Source: Atopobium sp.
GTDB taxonomy: Bacteria > Actinomycetota > Coriobacteriia > Coriobacteriales > Atopobiaceae
NCBI GenBank assembly: GCA_015259035.1
Contig: JABZHC010000002.1
Location: 6,833 to 70,832, forward strand
Direction: 5' to 3'
DNA: 64,000 bases
The notes below the pieces were generated by a model, which was not told the origin of the DNA, did no database searches, and saw nothing but the letters and a program-made list of their open reading frames with translations. Below are positions 18,716 to 26,599 of the stretch, in pieces (position 1 is the first letter of the stretch; each line of letters opens with the position of its first letter). The position numbers were made by a program, and so were the translations under genes.

Positions 18716-18943
18716 ATGGAGCAGATATCTAACAGATTAGTGGGCCAGTGCCTTCGCGATTTGCGAAAGAAGCAACGTCTTACTCAAGAGGCGGTTGCTG
18801 AGCACCTTGCTGGAGATCAAGCATTCATATCAAAGGTTGAATCAGGTGAGCGCGGCGTTAAGCTCGGAGAAGTTTTTTCTTTTGCCGAAGCCTTAGGTAT
18901 AGAAGCTTCCGAACTTATCGAAGCGTTGCGTACGTATCGATAG
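18716..18943 (+). CDS. XRE-family helix-turn-helix regulator (controller-protein-like)
   Basis: LRDLRKKQRLTQEAVA...FISKVESGER; 75 aa; no obvious RBS. Confidence 0.85.
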   Translation: MEQISNRLVGQCLRDLRKKQRLTQEAVAEHLAGDQAFISKVESGERGVKLGEVFSFAEALGIEASELIEALRTYR

Positions 18944-19067
18944 TTTTTAGTCCAATTTTTTAATGCAAGATCCCTATGAAAGATGTGCTTGTTAAAGGGC
19001 GTGCTTCTTAAAAGAGGCGCGTCCTTTACTGTTTACTACTTGCCACGTCTACATCAAAAGATAAAAG

Positions 19068-19100
19068 AAAACGGCTCAGAGATTACTCTCTGAACCGATT
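19068..19100 (-). terminator. Terminator downstream of tRNA-Phe
   Basis: CGGCTCAGAGA...TCTCTGAACCG stem with an A-run on the + strand (U-tract on the - strand). Confidence 0.6.
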
Positions 19101-19107
19101 CAAGTCG

Positions 19108-19183
19108 TGGTGGCGGGGAAGGGAATCGAACCCCTGACACGGGGATTTTCAGTCCCCTGCTCTACCAACTGAGCTACCCAGCC
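19108..19183 (-). tRNA. tRNA-Phe (GAA)
   Basis: Reverse complement GGCTGGGTAGCTCAGTTGGTAGAGCAGGGGACTGAAAATCCCCGTGTCAGGGGTTCGATTCCCTTCCCCGCCACCA: cloverleaf, anticodon GAA, encoded CCA. Confidence 0.97.
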
Positions 19184-19244
19184 ATTGGTGCTTCGAAAAG
19201 CTTATTTACTATAACAGACTCAAGCGCTTCGTCAAGCGGGCAAT

Positions 19245-19514
19245 TTATACAATCCAGAAATTTTTTCCGCCAGTGAGGTCAAATTCAACGGTCATACCCT
19301 TTATTGCAAAAAATGCCTCAATTTGCTCCTTTGTTTTCTCGAGCTCTTGACCGTCGATTTTCTCGCGTTCATCGGGTTTCTCGCTAGAGGGGAGTTCTAT
19401 CCAGAGAGTTTGCTTACCACATGTGTCACGCAGGTGGATTTTGCTTAAAAGTCCCTGTTGTTCGAGCCTTTCATTGAGATGAATGAGGTCAAAGAAGTTG
19501 ACAACTTTTGGCAT
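19245..19514 (-). CDS. Small hypothetical protein (RDAC-like family)
   Basis: IHLRDTCGKQTLWIE resembles the RDxCG motif family; start at MPKVV. Confidence 0.6.
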   Translation of the reverse strand: MPKVVNFFDLIHLNERLEQQGLLSKIHLRDTCGKQTLWIELPSSEKPDEREKIDGQELEKTKEQIEAFFAIKGMTVEFDLTGGKNFWIV

Positions 19515-19643
19515 GTTAACTCGTTTCTCTAAACGCTTGCTCTTAAGCATACACGTTTGCAAATTGGTACAATAGATTGTCTAGCTTGAACTAGGTCAGC
19601 GGTCGTTGCTGCCTCCACTGAATAAACTATTCGAGGGGAAATT

Positions 19644-21467
19644 ATGGCCTTTACGAGAAAAGAATTCTTGTCCCTTTCTGCTTTGGGAGCTGCGGGTACC
19701 TTGGCCGCATGTACTCCGCAAGCAAGGACATCTGATGATACGAATCAGCCTGCATCTAACGTGGACCTTGAAGAGTTCAAGTCACTCAAGCTGGACATGA
19801 CCCAGTGGAGCTATGACGAGGATAACGACTGCTACTATCAGCTGGGCATTCAGTACTGCACTAAGCCTGCAAGTAAGTCGGTAAACACTCTCTCGGTTTT
19901 TGTTCCTGGAAAGTATTTCTCGGGAAAGAAGAATGGCTCTACGTACGAGTGTGAGGTGAGCGAGAAGGCCGTTGTAGGCAGCTTCACCGCAAGTACCGCG
20001 CCAATCGTCATGCCTATTAACACAGCAACGCTCGCCCCTCAGAGCGCTCCTACAAGTTACTCATACGAAGGCCTTGCACCGTACCTTGAGGCTGGTTGTG
20101 TGTACGTATACGCAGGTTTCCGCGGCAGAAGTGCTGGTTACGATTCAACTACAGGCTCGGACGAGCTTTACGCAGGTGGATCGCCTTGGCCGGCAGTAGA
20201 CCTCAAGGCTGCTATCAGGTACTTGCGCTACAACCATGAGCTGCTTCCTTGCAATACATCAAAGATTTTTGTGTTTGGCTTTGCGGCCGGCGGTGGTCTC
20301 AGCGCAGTGCTAGGCACCTCGGGAGATTCTCCACTGTATACGCCATACCTTAAGGCGGTTGGCGCTGCTACACATAGCGAGAAGGGCGAGCAGCTCTCAG
20401 ACTCTATTTACGGCAGCGCTTCATGGTGTCCTGCGACATCGTACGACCTTGCAGACGCAGCATACGAATGGTCAGCTGGTCAGTATGCTGATGCAACAGA
20501 CTCTCGTGCTGAAGGTGTTTGGACACAGCCTCTCTCGCAAGATCTTGCTGGCGCATACGCTTCATTTGTCAACAACATGGATCTTCTCGACAGCAATGAC
20601 AGCAAGGTCGGTCTTGATGAGACTAACTCTGGTGTCTATACCGCTGGATCATATGCAGATCTTCTTCTCAATGAGCTTAAGACCTCTGCAAATAACTTTG
20701 TTAAGGACAACGCATTCCCTTACACCTCTACACCTCAGCGCTTAGAAGAACCTACGTTCCCAGGTGATCCAAATCTGGCAACAGTTCGTGGTACAGACAA
20801 CGCAACTCCTGCCACTCAGCAGGTTCAATCTACTATTTACGATACTGCTGAGCACTATTTTGGCTCTCTGAACTCTGAGTCTATTTGGGTTGTATATAAC
20901 CTTCGCCGTCAGAGCGTTGAACTTGAGAACTTGAGGGGTTTCTCGCGCGCTCTGAGAGGTGCTTCACTTCCTGTTGGAGCTTTTGATGCACCTGATAGAA
21001 GCACTCGTGCAAATCAGCTATTTGGCGTTGGTGAGCAAAGTACCTTGCATTTTGATGAGCAGACAGCTGACCTCATCAAAAAGAACCTTGATACGTATAT
21101 GAAGCTTACTGATTGGAAGTCCAGCTACGCCAATGACTGGTCCTCTGATTTGAATAAGGCTGACACGCTGGAGAATGACATTCCAACTCGTGTGGATATG
21201 TTTAATCCTCTGTACTTTACCAGCGCATCTTACAAGGGTTATCAGTCAGCATCGGTTGCTCCTTATTGGCGTATTAATGAGGGTGCCCAGAATACTGATA
21301 CCTCAATCTGCACCTCGTTTAACCTGGGTCTGTCTTTAAAGCATTTCTCGGGCGTGAGCAATGTTGATTACACGCTTGTTTGGGATAAGGGTCACGTTCT
21401 TGCCGAGAGAACAGGCAATGCAACCGCCAATCTGGTGTCTTGGATTGTCTCGAGCGCATCCGCTTAA
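19644..21467 (+). CDS. tanA: Subtype A tannase-like lipoprotein (alpha/beta hydrolase)
   Basis: Tat-like TRKEFL plus lipobox LAAC; DLKAAIRYLR, WCP, ADAAYEW, APYWRI, DTS, WxxGH..AE motifs. Nucleophile elbow reads GFAAGG instead of GxSAGG. Confidence 0.8.
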   Translation: MAFTRKEFLSLSALGAAGTLAACTPQARTSDDTNQPASNVDLEEFKSLKLDMTQWSYDEDNDCYYQLGIQYCTKPASKSVNTLSVFVPGKYFSGKKNGSTYECEVSEKAVVGSFTASTAPIVMPINTATLAPQSAPTSYSYEGLAPYLEAGCVYVYAGFRGRSAGYDSTTGSDELYAGGSPWPAVDLKAAIRYLRYNHELLPCNTSKIFVFGFAAGGGLSAVLGTSGDSPLYTPYLKAVGAATHSEKGEQLSDSIYGSASWCPATSYDLADAAYEWSAGQYADATDSRAEGVWTQPLSQDLAGAYASFVNNMDLLDSNDSKVGLDETNSGVYTAGSYADLLLNELKTSANNFVKDNAFPYTSTPQRLEEPTFPGDPNLATVRGTDNATPATQQVQSTIYDTAEHYFGSLNSESIWVVYNLRRQSVELENLRGFSRALRGASLPVGAFDAPDRSTRANQLFGVGEQSTLHFDEQTADLIKKNLDTYMKLTDWKSSYANDWSSDLNKADTLENDIPTRVDMFNPLYFTSASYKGYQSASVAPYWRINEGAQNTDTSICTSFNLGLSLKHFSGVSNVDYTLVWDKGHVLAERTGNATANLVSWIVSSASA

Positions 21468-21482
21468 AGGGGAGGACAGAGC

Positions 21483-22202
21483 GTGTTTCAAACAAAGAAT
21501 CGCCGACTGTACGGTGTTATTGTCATCGTTGTGCTTGCGGTAGGAGCAATATTCTTCTCTCTTTTTAGAGGTGCTGATAAGTCTCAGTCTCAGGCAAGTT
21601 CACAATCGCAGCAATCGCAATCGCAGCAGACACAACAAACGCAGTCTCAGAGCTCGCAAAACAAGGGCTACATTGATTCCGTAGCAGCGGATGACCCTTA
21701 TGCAAAGGGGATCCATCACGTTCGCATTGTGGTGAAGGATTACGGCACTATCGAGGCAACTCTTAACGCAAATGTTGCACCTATTACGGTCTCCAACTTT
21801 GCTCATCTTGCCGAATCAGGCTTCTATAACGGCCTTACGTTCCATCGTATTATTGACGGCTTCATGATTCAAGGTGGAGATCCTAAGGGCAACGGCTCGG
21901 GCGGATCCGAGAACAAAATCAAGGGTGAGTTCACCAAAAACGGTGTCGAGAATAACATCTCGCATACACGTGGAACTATTTCCATGGCGCGTGCTCAAGA
22001 TCCTAACTCGGCAAGCTCACAGTTCTTTATCATGCAGGCAGATAACTCAACTCTGAATGGAAACTATGCTGCATTTGGCACGGTAACAAGTGGAATGGAT
22101 GTTGTTGATGCAATTTGTAAAGGTGTGAAACCCACCGATTCAAACGGAACAATTCCTGCTTCAGAGCAGCCTGTCATTGAGTCCATCACGATGATTGATT
22201 AG
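21483..22202 (+). CDS. Membrane-anchored cyclophilin-type peptidyl-prolyl isomerase
   Basis: N-terminal TM, Q/S linker, APITVSNF, FHRIIDGFMIQGGDP, SASSQFFI. Confidence 0.93.
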   Translation: MFQTKNRRLYGVIVIVVLAVGAIFFSLFRGADKSQSQASSQSQQSQSQQTQQTQSQSSQNKGYIDSVAADDPYAKGIHHVRIVVKDYGTIEATLNANVAPITVSNFAHLAESGFYNGLTFHRIIDGFMIQGGDPKGNGSGGSENKIKGEFTKNGVENNISHTRGTISMARAQDPNSASSQFFIMQADNSTLNGNYAAFGTVTSGMDVVDAICKGVKPTDSNGTIPASEQPVIESITMID

Positions 22203-22233
22203 ATTCCTTATATAAAATATTGTTATGTTATTG

Positions 22234-22269
22234 AATGACCTGCAACGCTTTATAAAATTGCAGGTCATT
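22234..22269. terminator. 12-bp inverted repeat between PPIase and CarD-like genes (terminator or operator)
   Basis: AATGACCTGCAA-N12-TTGCAGGTCATT, with no clear U-tract. Confidence 0.45.
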
Positions 22270-22323
22270 AGCGTATAACGAACTTCTCATGATATACTAT
22301 CGTTATCCGAGAGGAGTGGTGTT

Positions 22324-22824
22324 ATGCGAGCTGTTGGAGAGTTTTGCGTTCACCCGGGTCAGGGCGTATGTCTTGTTGAAAATGTAGTTTCGGAGCCTAC
22401 TCCGGCCTACATTTTGTCTCCTATTGGACAAAAACACCCTGTTCAGATTATATTTCCTCTTGATCAAGAGTTCAGACTTCGTGATCTTATGACGCGTGAT
22501 GAGGCTACAAATCTTGTTGATATGTATCCTCAAATTGAACTCATTACCTTTCACATCCACAACGCCTCTCTTGAAGAATCTCACTTTAGACATGCCATCA
22601 GAGAAGGTTCTTGTAAAGACTCCATTAGTATTGCTAAAACATTTAGAGCTCGTATTGATAAGGCGCGTTCGCTCAACAAGAAACCACCTGTTTCTCACGA
22701 GAGAATATTTAAGATGGCTAGTAATCGTGGCTTGTACGAGCTTATTACAGCGCTAAATTGTTCCGTTGACGAGATTCAAAAGGTCTTTAGCTCACGCTAT
22801 GGCGTAGAAATTGGAAAGGCATAG
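22324..22824 (+). CDS. CarD-like transcriptional regulator
   Basis: VGEFCVHPGQGVC N-terminal CarD/TRCF RID-like pattern plus helical C-domain; GAGGAG RBS. Confidence 0.65.
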   Translation: MRAVGEFCVHPGQGVCLVENVVSEPTPAYILSPIGQKHPVQIIFPLDQEFRLRDLMTRDEATNLVDMYPQIELITFHIHNASLEESHFRHAIREGSCKDSISIAKTFRARIDKARSLNKKPPVSHERIFKMASNRGLYELITALNCSVDEIQKVFSSRYGVEIGKA

Positions 22825-22861
22825 AGTACAATTAACCCATCCGTTCAAGAGATGGGAAATT

Positions 22862-23149
22862 ATGACTTCAGAAACATCTGCAAATCGTGCTGTTGTTACT
22901 GTTTTGGGCAGCGATGCCCCAGGAATTGTTGCAGCAATTTCTACCACTTTGGCCGAGTCAAATGCCAACATCTTAGATATCGCCCAGACTATTTTGTCTG
23001 GTATTTTTACCATGACCATGCTGATCGAACTTCAGGATGCTGAGTCTTTCTTGAGTCTTAAAGAACGCCTTGATGCTGTTTCAGAAAAGCTTGGTGTACA
23101 GGTTAACATGCAGCGTGAAGAGGTCTTCACGTTTATGTATCGTCCTTAA
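22862..23149 (+). CDS. ACT-domain protein (UPF0237-like)
   Basis: AVVTVLGSDAPGIVAAIS...NILDIAQTI...FTMTM...QREEVFTFM. Confidence 0.85.
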   Translation: MTSETSANRAVVTVLGSDAPGIVAAISTTLAESNANILDIAQTILSGIFTMTMLIELQDAESFLSLKERLDAVSEKLGVQVNMQREEVFTFMYRP

Positions 23150-23161
23150 AGAGGTAGTGTT

Positions 23162-24064
23162 TTGTCAGAGCTTTCAACTGAAGAACTCATTGCTCAGAAG
23201 CAGTCTTGGCTTAACCAAAATGCATCAAATCTGAAAGTAGAAATCGTCTTCTCCGATATGGATGAGACATTTCTCCATACCGATAAATCTCTTGATGATA
23301 ACAACATGGCAATGCTGGACCGCCTGGCTGAACTAGGCATCCCGTTTGTGCCTTGTTCTGGACGTGCGTTTAACGTGCTGCCAAAAGAGGTTGTGAATCA
23401 TCCTGCTTCTAAGTATGTGGTTTCTTGTGACGGTGCCGTTATCAGAGATCTTTCTACACAGACGGTACTGCACGAGTCTACTGTTACCAAGGAGCAGGCG
23501 CTTGAGTTGTATCAAAAGCTTAAAGACCTTCCTGTCACTTTTGATATTTTTGCAGACGGTGGTGTTTATCTGGAGCGCTCAAGGCACAATCTTATCTCTC
23601 AGCTGGGTATTCCCGCAGATCATGCGGCATTTATGCAACGCTCGCGTACTCCCTTTGACCAAAGCGTTGAGGAGTTTATTGATAGTGTAACTACCATTGA
23701 GCGACTTGGTTCCTATTGGTCTGTTGCAGAAGGCGAGAAGTACCAGGCACTTGTAGCAGATGCTGTAGCTTCGGTAAAGGGACTCAGTGGCACAGCTTCC
23801 ATGAGTATGGGAATGGAAATCCTGGCCGACGGCACTTCAAAGGGTGCTGCACTTAAGTGGCTCTGCAATCATCTTGGCATTTCAACGGATAATGCTGCAG
23901 CTTTTGGCGATTCGCTTAATGATGTTGCTATGCTTTCCGCCGCAGGAATGGGTACGGCAGTTGCTAACGCTCGTCGTGAAGATTTTGAGGCTGCAGCTTA
24001 TATCACTTTGACTAACGATGAGGCGGGTTTCTCGCGATTCCTTACGTGGGCACTGGGGGAGTAA
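23162..24064 (+). CDS. Cof-type HAD-IIB hydrolase
   Basis: FSDMDETFL, CSGR, SKGAAL, FGDSLNDVAML. Confidence 0.9.
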   Translation: MSELSTEELIAQKQSWLNQNASNLKVEIVFSDMDETFLHTDKSLDDNNMAMLDRLAELGIPFVPCSGRAFNVLPKEVVNHPASKYVVSCDGAVIRDLSTQTVLHESTVTKEQALELYQKLKDLPVTFDIFADGGVYLERSRHNLISQLGIPADHAAFMQRSRTPFDQSVEEFIDSVTTIERLGSYWSVAEGEKYQALVADAVASVKGLSGTASMSMGMEILADGTSKGAALKWLCNHLGISTDNAAAFGDSLNDVAMLSAAGMGTAVANARREDFEAAAYITLTNDEAGFSRFLTWALGE

Positions 24065-24136
24065 GCACTTGGTGCTGGAAACGGAACGTTTCAGAGTTTT
24101 CGCTTTAAAGTTTTGCTTGAGACATATTGTTTAAAG

Positions 24137-24168
24137 AAAAAGCCGGCAGATACAATCTGTCGGCTTTT
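24137..24168. terminator. Bidirectional terminator between convergent HAD and kup genes
   Basis: AAAAGCCGGCAGA...TCTGTCGGCTTTT. Confidence 0.75.
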
Positions 24169-24200
24169 GTTGTGAGAAGTAAAACTACTACGCGCTAGGC

Positions 24201-26483
24201 CTAGTGATTGATGTCCTGCTGCTCCTCAAAGACATCTTCATCAACCTCTTCTTCATCAAGCTTAAGAGGACGGAAGCTAGCGGTATCGCCACCAACATAG
24301 TCTGCAACGGTAGCTGCGTTTTCAACGCGCTCCTTGTGCAGAGCCTCTGCGAAGATGTCCTCATCTTCCTCAATCTCTGCAATACGCTCTTTCATAGGAG
24401 CCTCAACAAGTGGCATAGAACCCGTCTGAGCTGCGTCATCAAGCGTGATACGAGTAAGCTTCTGCCCGCGCTTAACCTTGGAGAACAGAGGAACGTACTC
24501 AAAGACAATGTTGGAGTTCTCAAGACCATACCAACGAGCAGGAGATCCGCAGATGCGACGAATAAAGTATTTAAGCTCAAGGCAACGAGCGTCAAAACCG
24601 TTGATGTCAGTCTCTGGAGCTAGTACCTTACGCAGCAAGCAGAATCTAAAGTCACCAATCTCGGAGTGCTCCTTGTAAATGGAATACTTGTGATTCTGTG
24701 GAGCAAGCTGGTTGTTCTTAATCAGATCACCAACAATTTGATAGAGATAGGTGTTAATACGCTGGTTTACCCTAAAGCCAAGACGCAGGGTGATCTTGAA
24801 CAGGAAGTCTGTACCAAAGTCATTGACGATAAACTCACGGGTATTTGGATCGTCTGTCAGCGAGATGTTAATAAAGTAGTAGGCCTTAGCACGCTTTGGA
24901 CGCTTATCCAAGATGGAATAGAGGATGTCTCGATCCAGCTTGTCAAAGGATGAATCATTAGTAAGAAAAACCAGGTTATCAGCGAGAGTTGAATAGTCCG
25001 CATCGTGGCTCAAGCTACGGAGCTGGTCAATGTATTTATCTACGGGGAGATAAACGCTCTGCGTCCTCTCAACAGCGGTACCGCGACGCCAGACAAACAT
25101 GACCACAAAAATTGCGGTAGCCATAAGAACGGTAAAGTAGCCGCCGTGGAAGAACTTGGTAAGGCTTGAGAAGAAGAACATAGCCTCGATAGCACCAAAG
25201 AAAAGAATGAATGGAATGGCCGCCCATAGGCGCTTTCTGATAACAGCCAGGTAGGTGTAGAGCAGGATTGAGGTCATGAGCATGGTAACGGTAATTGCAA
25301 GACCGTACGCTGCTTCCATGTGCTCAGAGCTCTGGAAGAGAAGTACAACGCCAATGCAGCCAACCCACATGATGTTGTTTACAAGTGGAATGTAAATCTG
25401 GCCCTTTGTTGTGGAGGGGTAGTTAATCTTAATGTGAGGCATAAGATCAAGTTTAATTGCCTCAGAGACAATGGAGTAAGAGCCAGTAATCAGTGCCTGA
25501 GAGGCAATAATTGCAGCAAGCGCAGAGAGAATAACGGCAAATGGTCTAAGCTGACCAGGAAGCATTTCAAAGAAAGGATTGAGGTCTTTGATTGCGTTGA
25601 AGCTCTCGTTGGTGTGGTTAGTGATGATCCACGCGCCTTGTCCAAGGTAGTTCAGAATCAAGCAGACCTTAACAAAAGGCCAGCTTACGTAAATGTTGCT
25701 CTTGCCAACGTGGCCCATGTCAGAATAAAGTGCTTCTGCACCAGTGGTACAAAGGAAGACACTACCTAAAACCATGAGACCAGCTGCATTGAGCTTGCCA
25801 TCAAAGAGGAACAGAATGCCGCGGACTGGGTTAAGAGCTCGAACAACGCTAATGTCAGCAAGCATGTTCATAACACCCATGGCACCCAAGAACAAGAACC
25901 AAAGCGTCATGACAGGGCCAAAGGCCTTACCAATGGTAGAAGTACCTGCCTTCTGTAAGGCAAAGAGGGTGCAGAGGATGATGATGGTAATCATGACAAC
26001 AATGTGCTGATTATCACCAATAATAGCATGAGCTGCAGGAATAGTACGCAAACCCTCAATAGCGGTGGTTACCGTAACAGCTGGGGTCAAAATACCGTCA
26101 GCAAGAAGAGCTGCGCCACCAATCATGGCAGGAATAATCAGCCATTTGGCGCACTTTTTAACCAAACTGTAGAGCGCAAAGATTCCGCCCTCATTGTGGT
26201 TGTCTGCCTTCATTGCAACCATGACGTATTTAACGGTTGTAATGAGTGTCAGCGTCCAGATAATGAGGGACAGAGCACCCAAAACAACATCGGTGCTCAT
26301 GGTAAGAAGTCCACCATTACCAGCGATAATTGCCTTCATGGTGTACATTGGAGAAGTGCCAATGTCACCGTAGACGATGCCAAGGGTAACAAGTACCATG
26401 CCAGCACTTAGAGGAATGCCAGTTGATTTCTTGGCTTTGTCCTTAGAGAAAAGCGCATGAAATGCAGCTTTACTTGTATTCAT
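24201..26483 (-). CDS. kup: KUP/HAK/KT family potassium transporter
   Basis: LGIVYGDIGTSPMY, ADNHNEGGIFALY, TGAEALYSDMGH, GQIYIP, AYGLAIT; acidic C-terminal tail. Confidence 0.95.
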   Translation of the reverse strand: MNTSKAAFHALFSKDKAKKSTGIPLSAGMVLVTLGIVYGDIGTSPMYTMKAIIAGNGGLLTMSTDVVLGALSLIIWTLTLITTVKYVMVAMKADNHNEGGIFALYSLVKKCAKWLIIPAMIGGAALLADGILTPAVTVTTAIEGLRTIPAAHAIIGDNQHIVVMITIIILCTLFALQKAGTSTIGKAFGPVMTLWFLFLGAMGVMNMLADISVVRALNPVRGILFLFDGKLNAAGLMVLGSVFLCTTGAEALYSDMGHVGKSNIYVSWPFVKVCLILNYLGQGAWIITNHTNESFNAIKDLNPFFEMLPGQLRPFAVILSALAAIIASQALITGSYSIVSEAIKLDLMPHIKINYPSTTKGQIYIPLVNNIMWVGCIGVVLLFQSSEHMEAAYGLAITVTMLMTSILLYTYLAVIRKRLWAAIPFILFFGAIEAMFFFSSLTKFFHGGYFTVLMATAIFVVMFVWRRGTAVERTQSVYLPVDKYIDQLRSLSHDADYSTLADNLVFLTNDSSFDKLDRDILYSILDKRPKRAKAYYFINISLTDDPNTREFIVNDFGTDFLFKITLRLGFRVNQRINTYLYQIVGDLIKNNQLAPQNHKYSIYKEHSEIGDFRFCLLRKVLAPETDINGFDARCLELKYFIRRICGSPARWYGLENSNIVFEYVPLFSKVKRGQKLTRITLDDAAQTGSMPLVEAPMKERIAEIEEDEDIFAEALHKERVENAATVADYVGGDTASFRPLKLDEEEVDEDVFEEQQDINH

Positions 26484-26599
26484 CCATTAATCCTCTCAAT
26501 AGATGATTAGTACAGTTCGTCATCATATGTTAGTCCATATACCTAGTTATAACTAGACGAATGTACAAACGTACTTATTTTGTCTGCAAGCGGAAAAAT

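Noticed and set aside
16592..19107. Prophage or integrative element at tRNA-Phe
   Set aside because: No integrase, transposase or phage genes, and no duplicated tRNA 3' end (att) found by eye.
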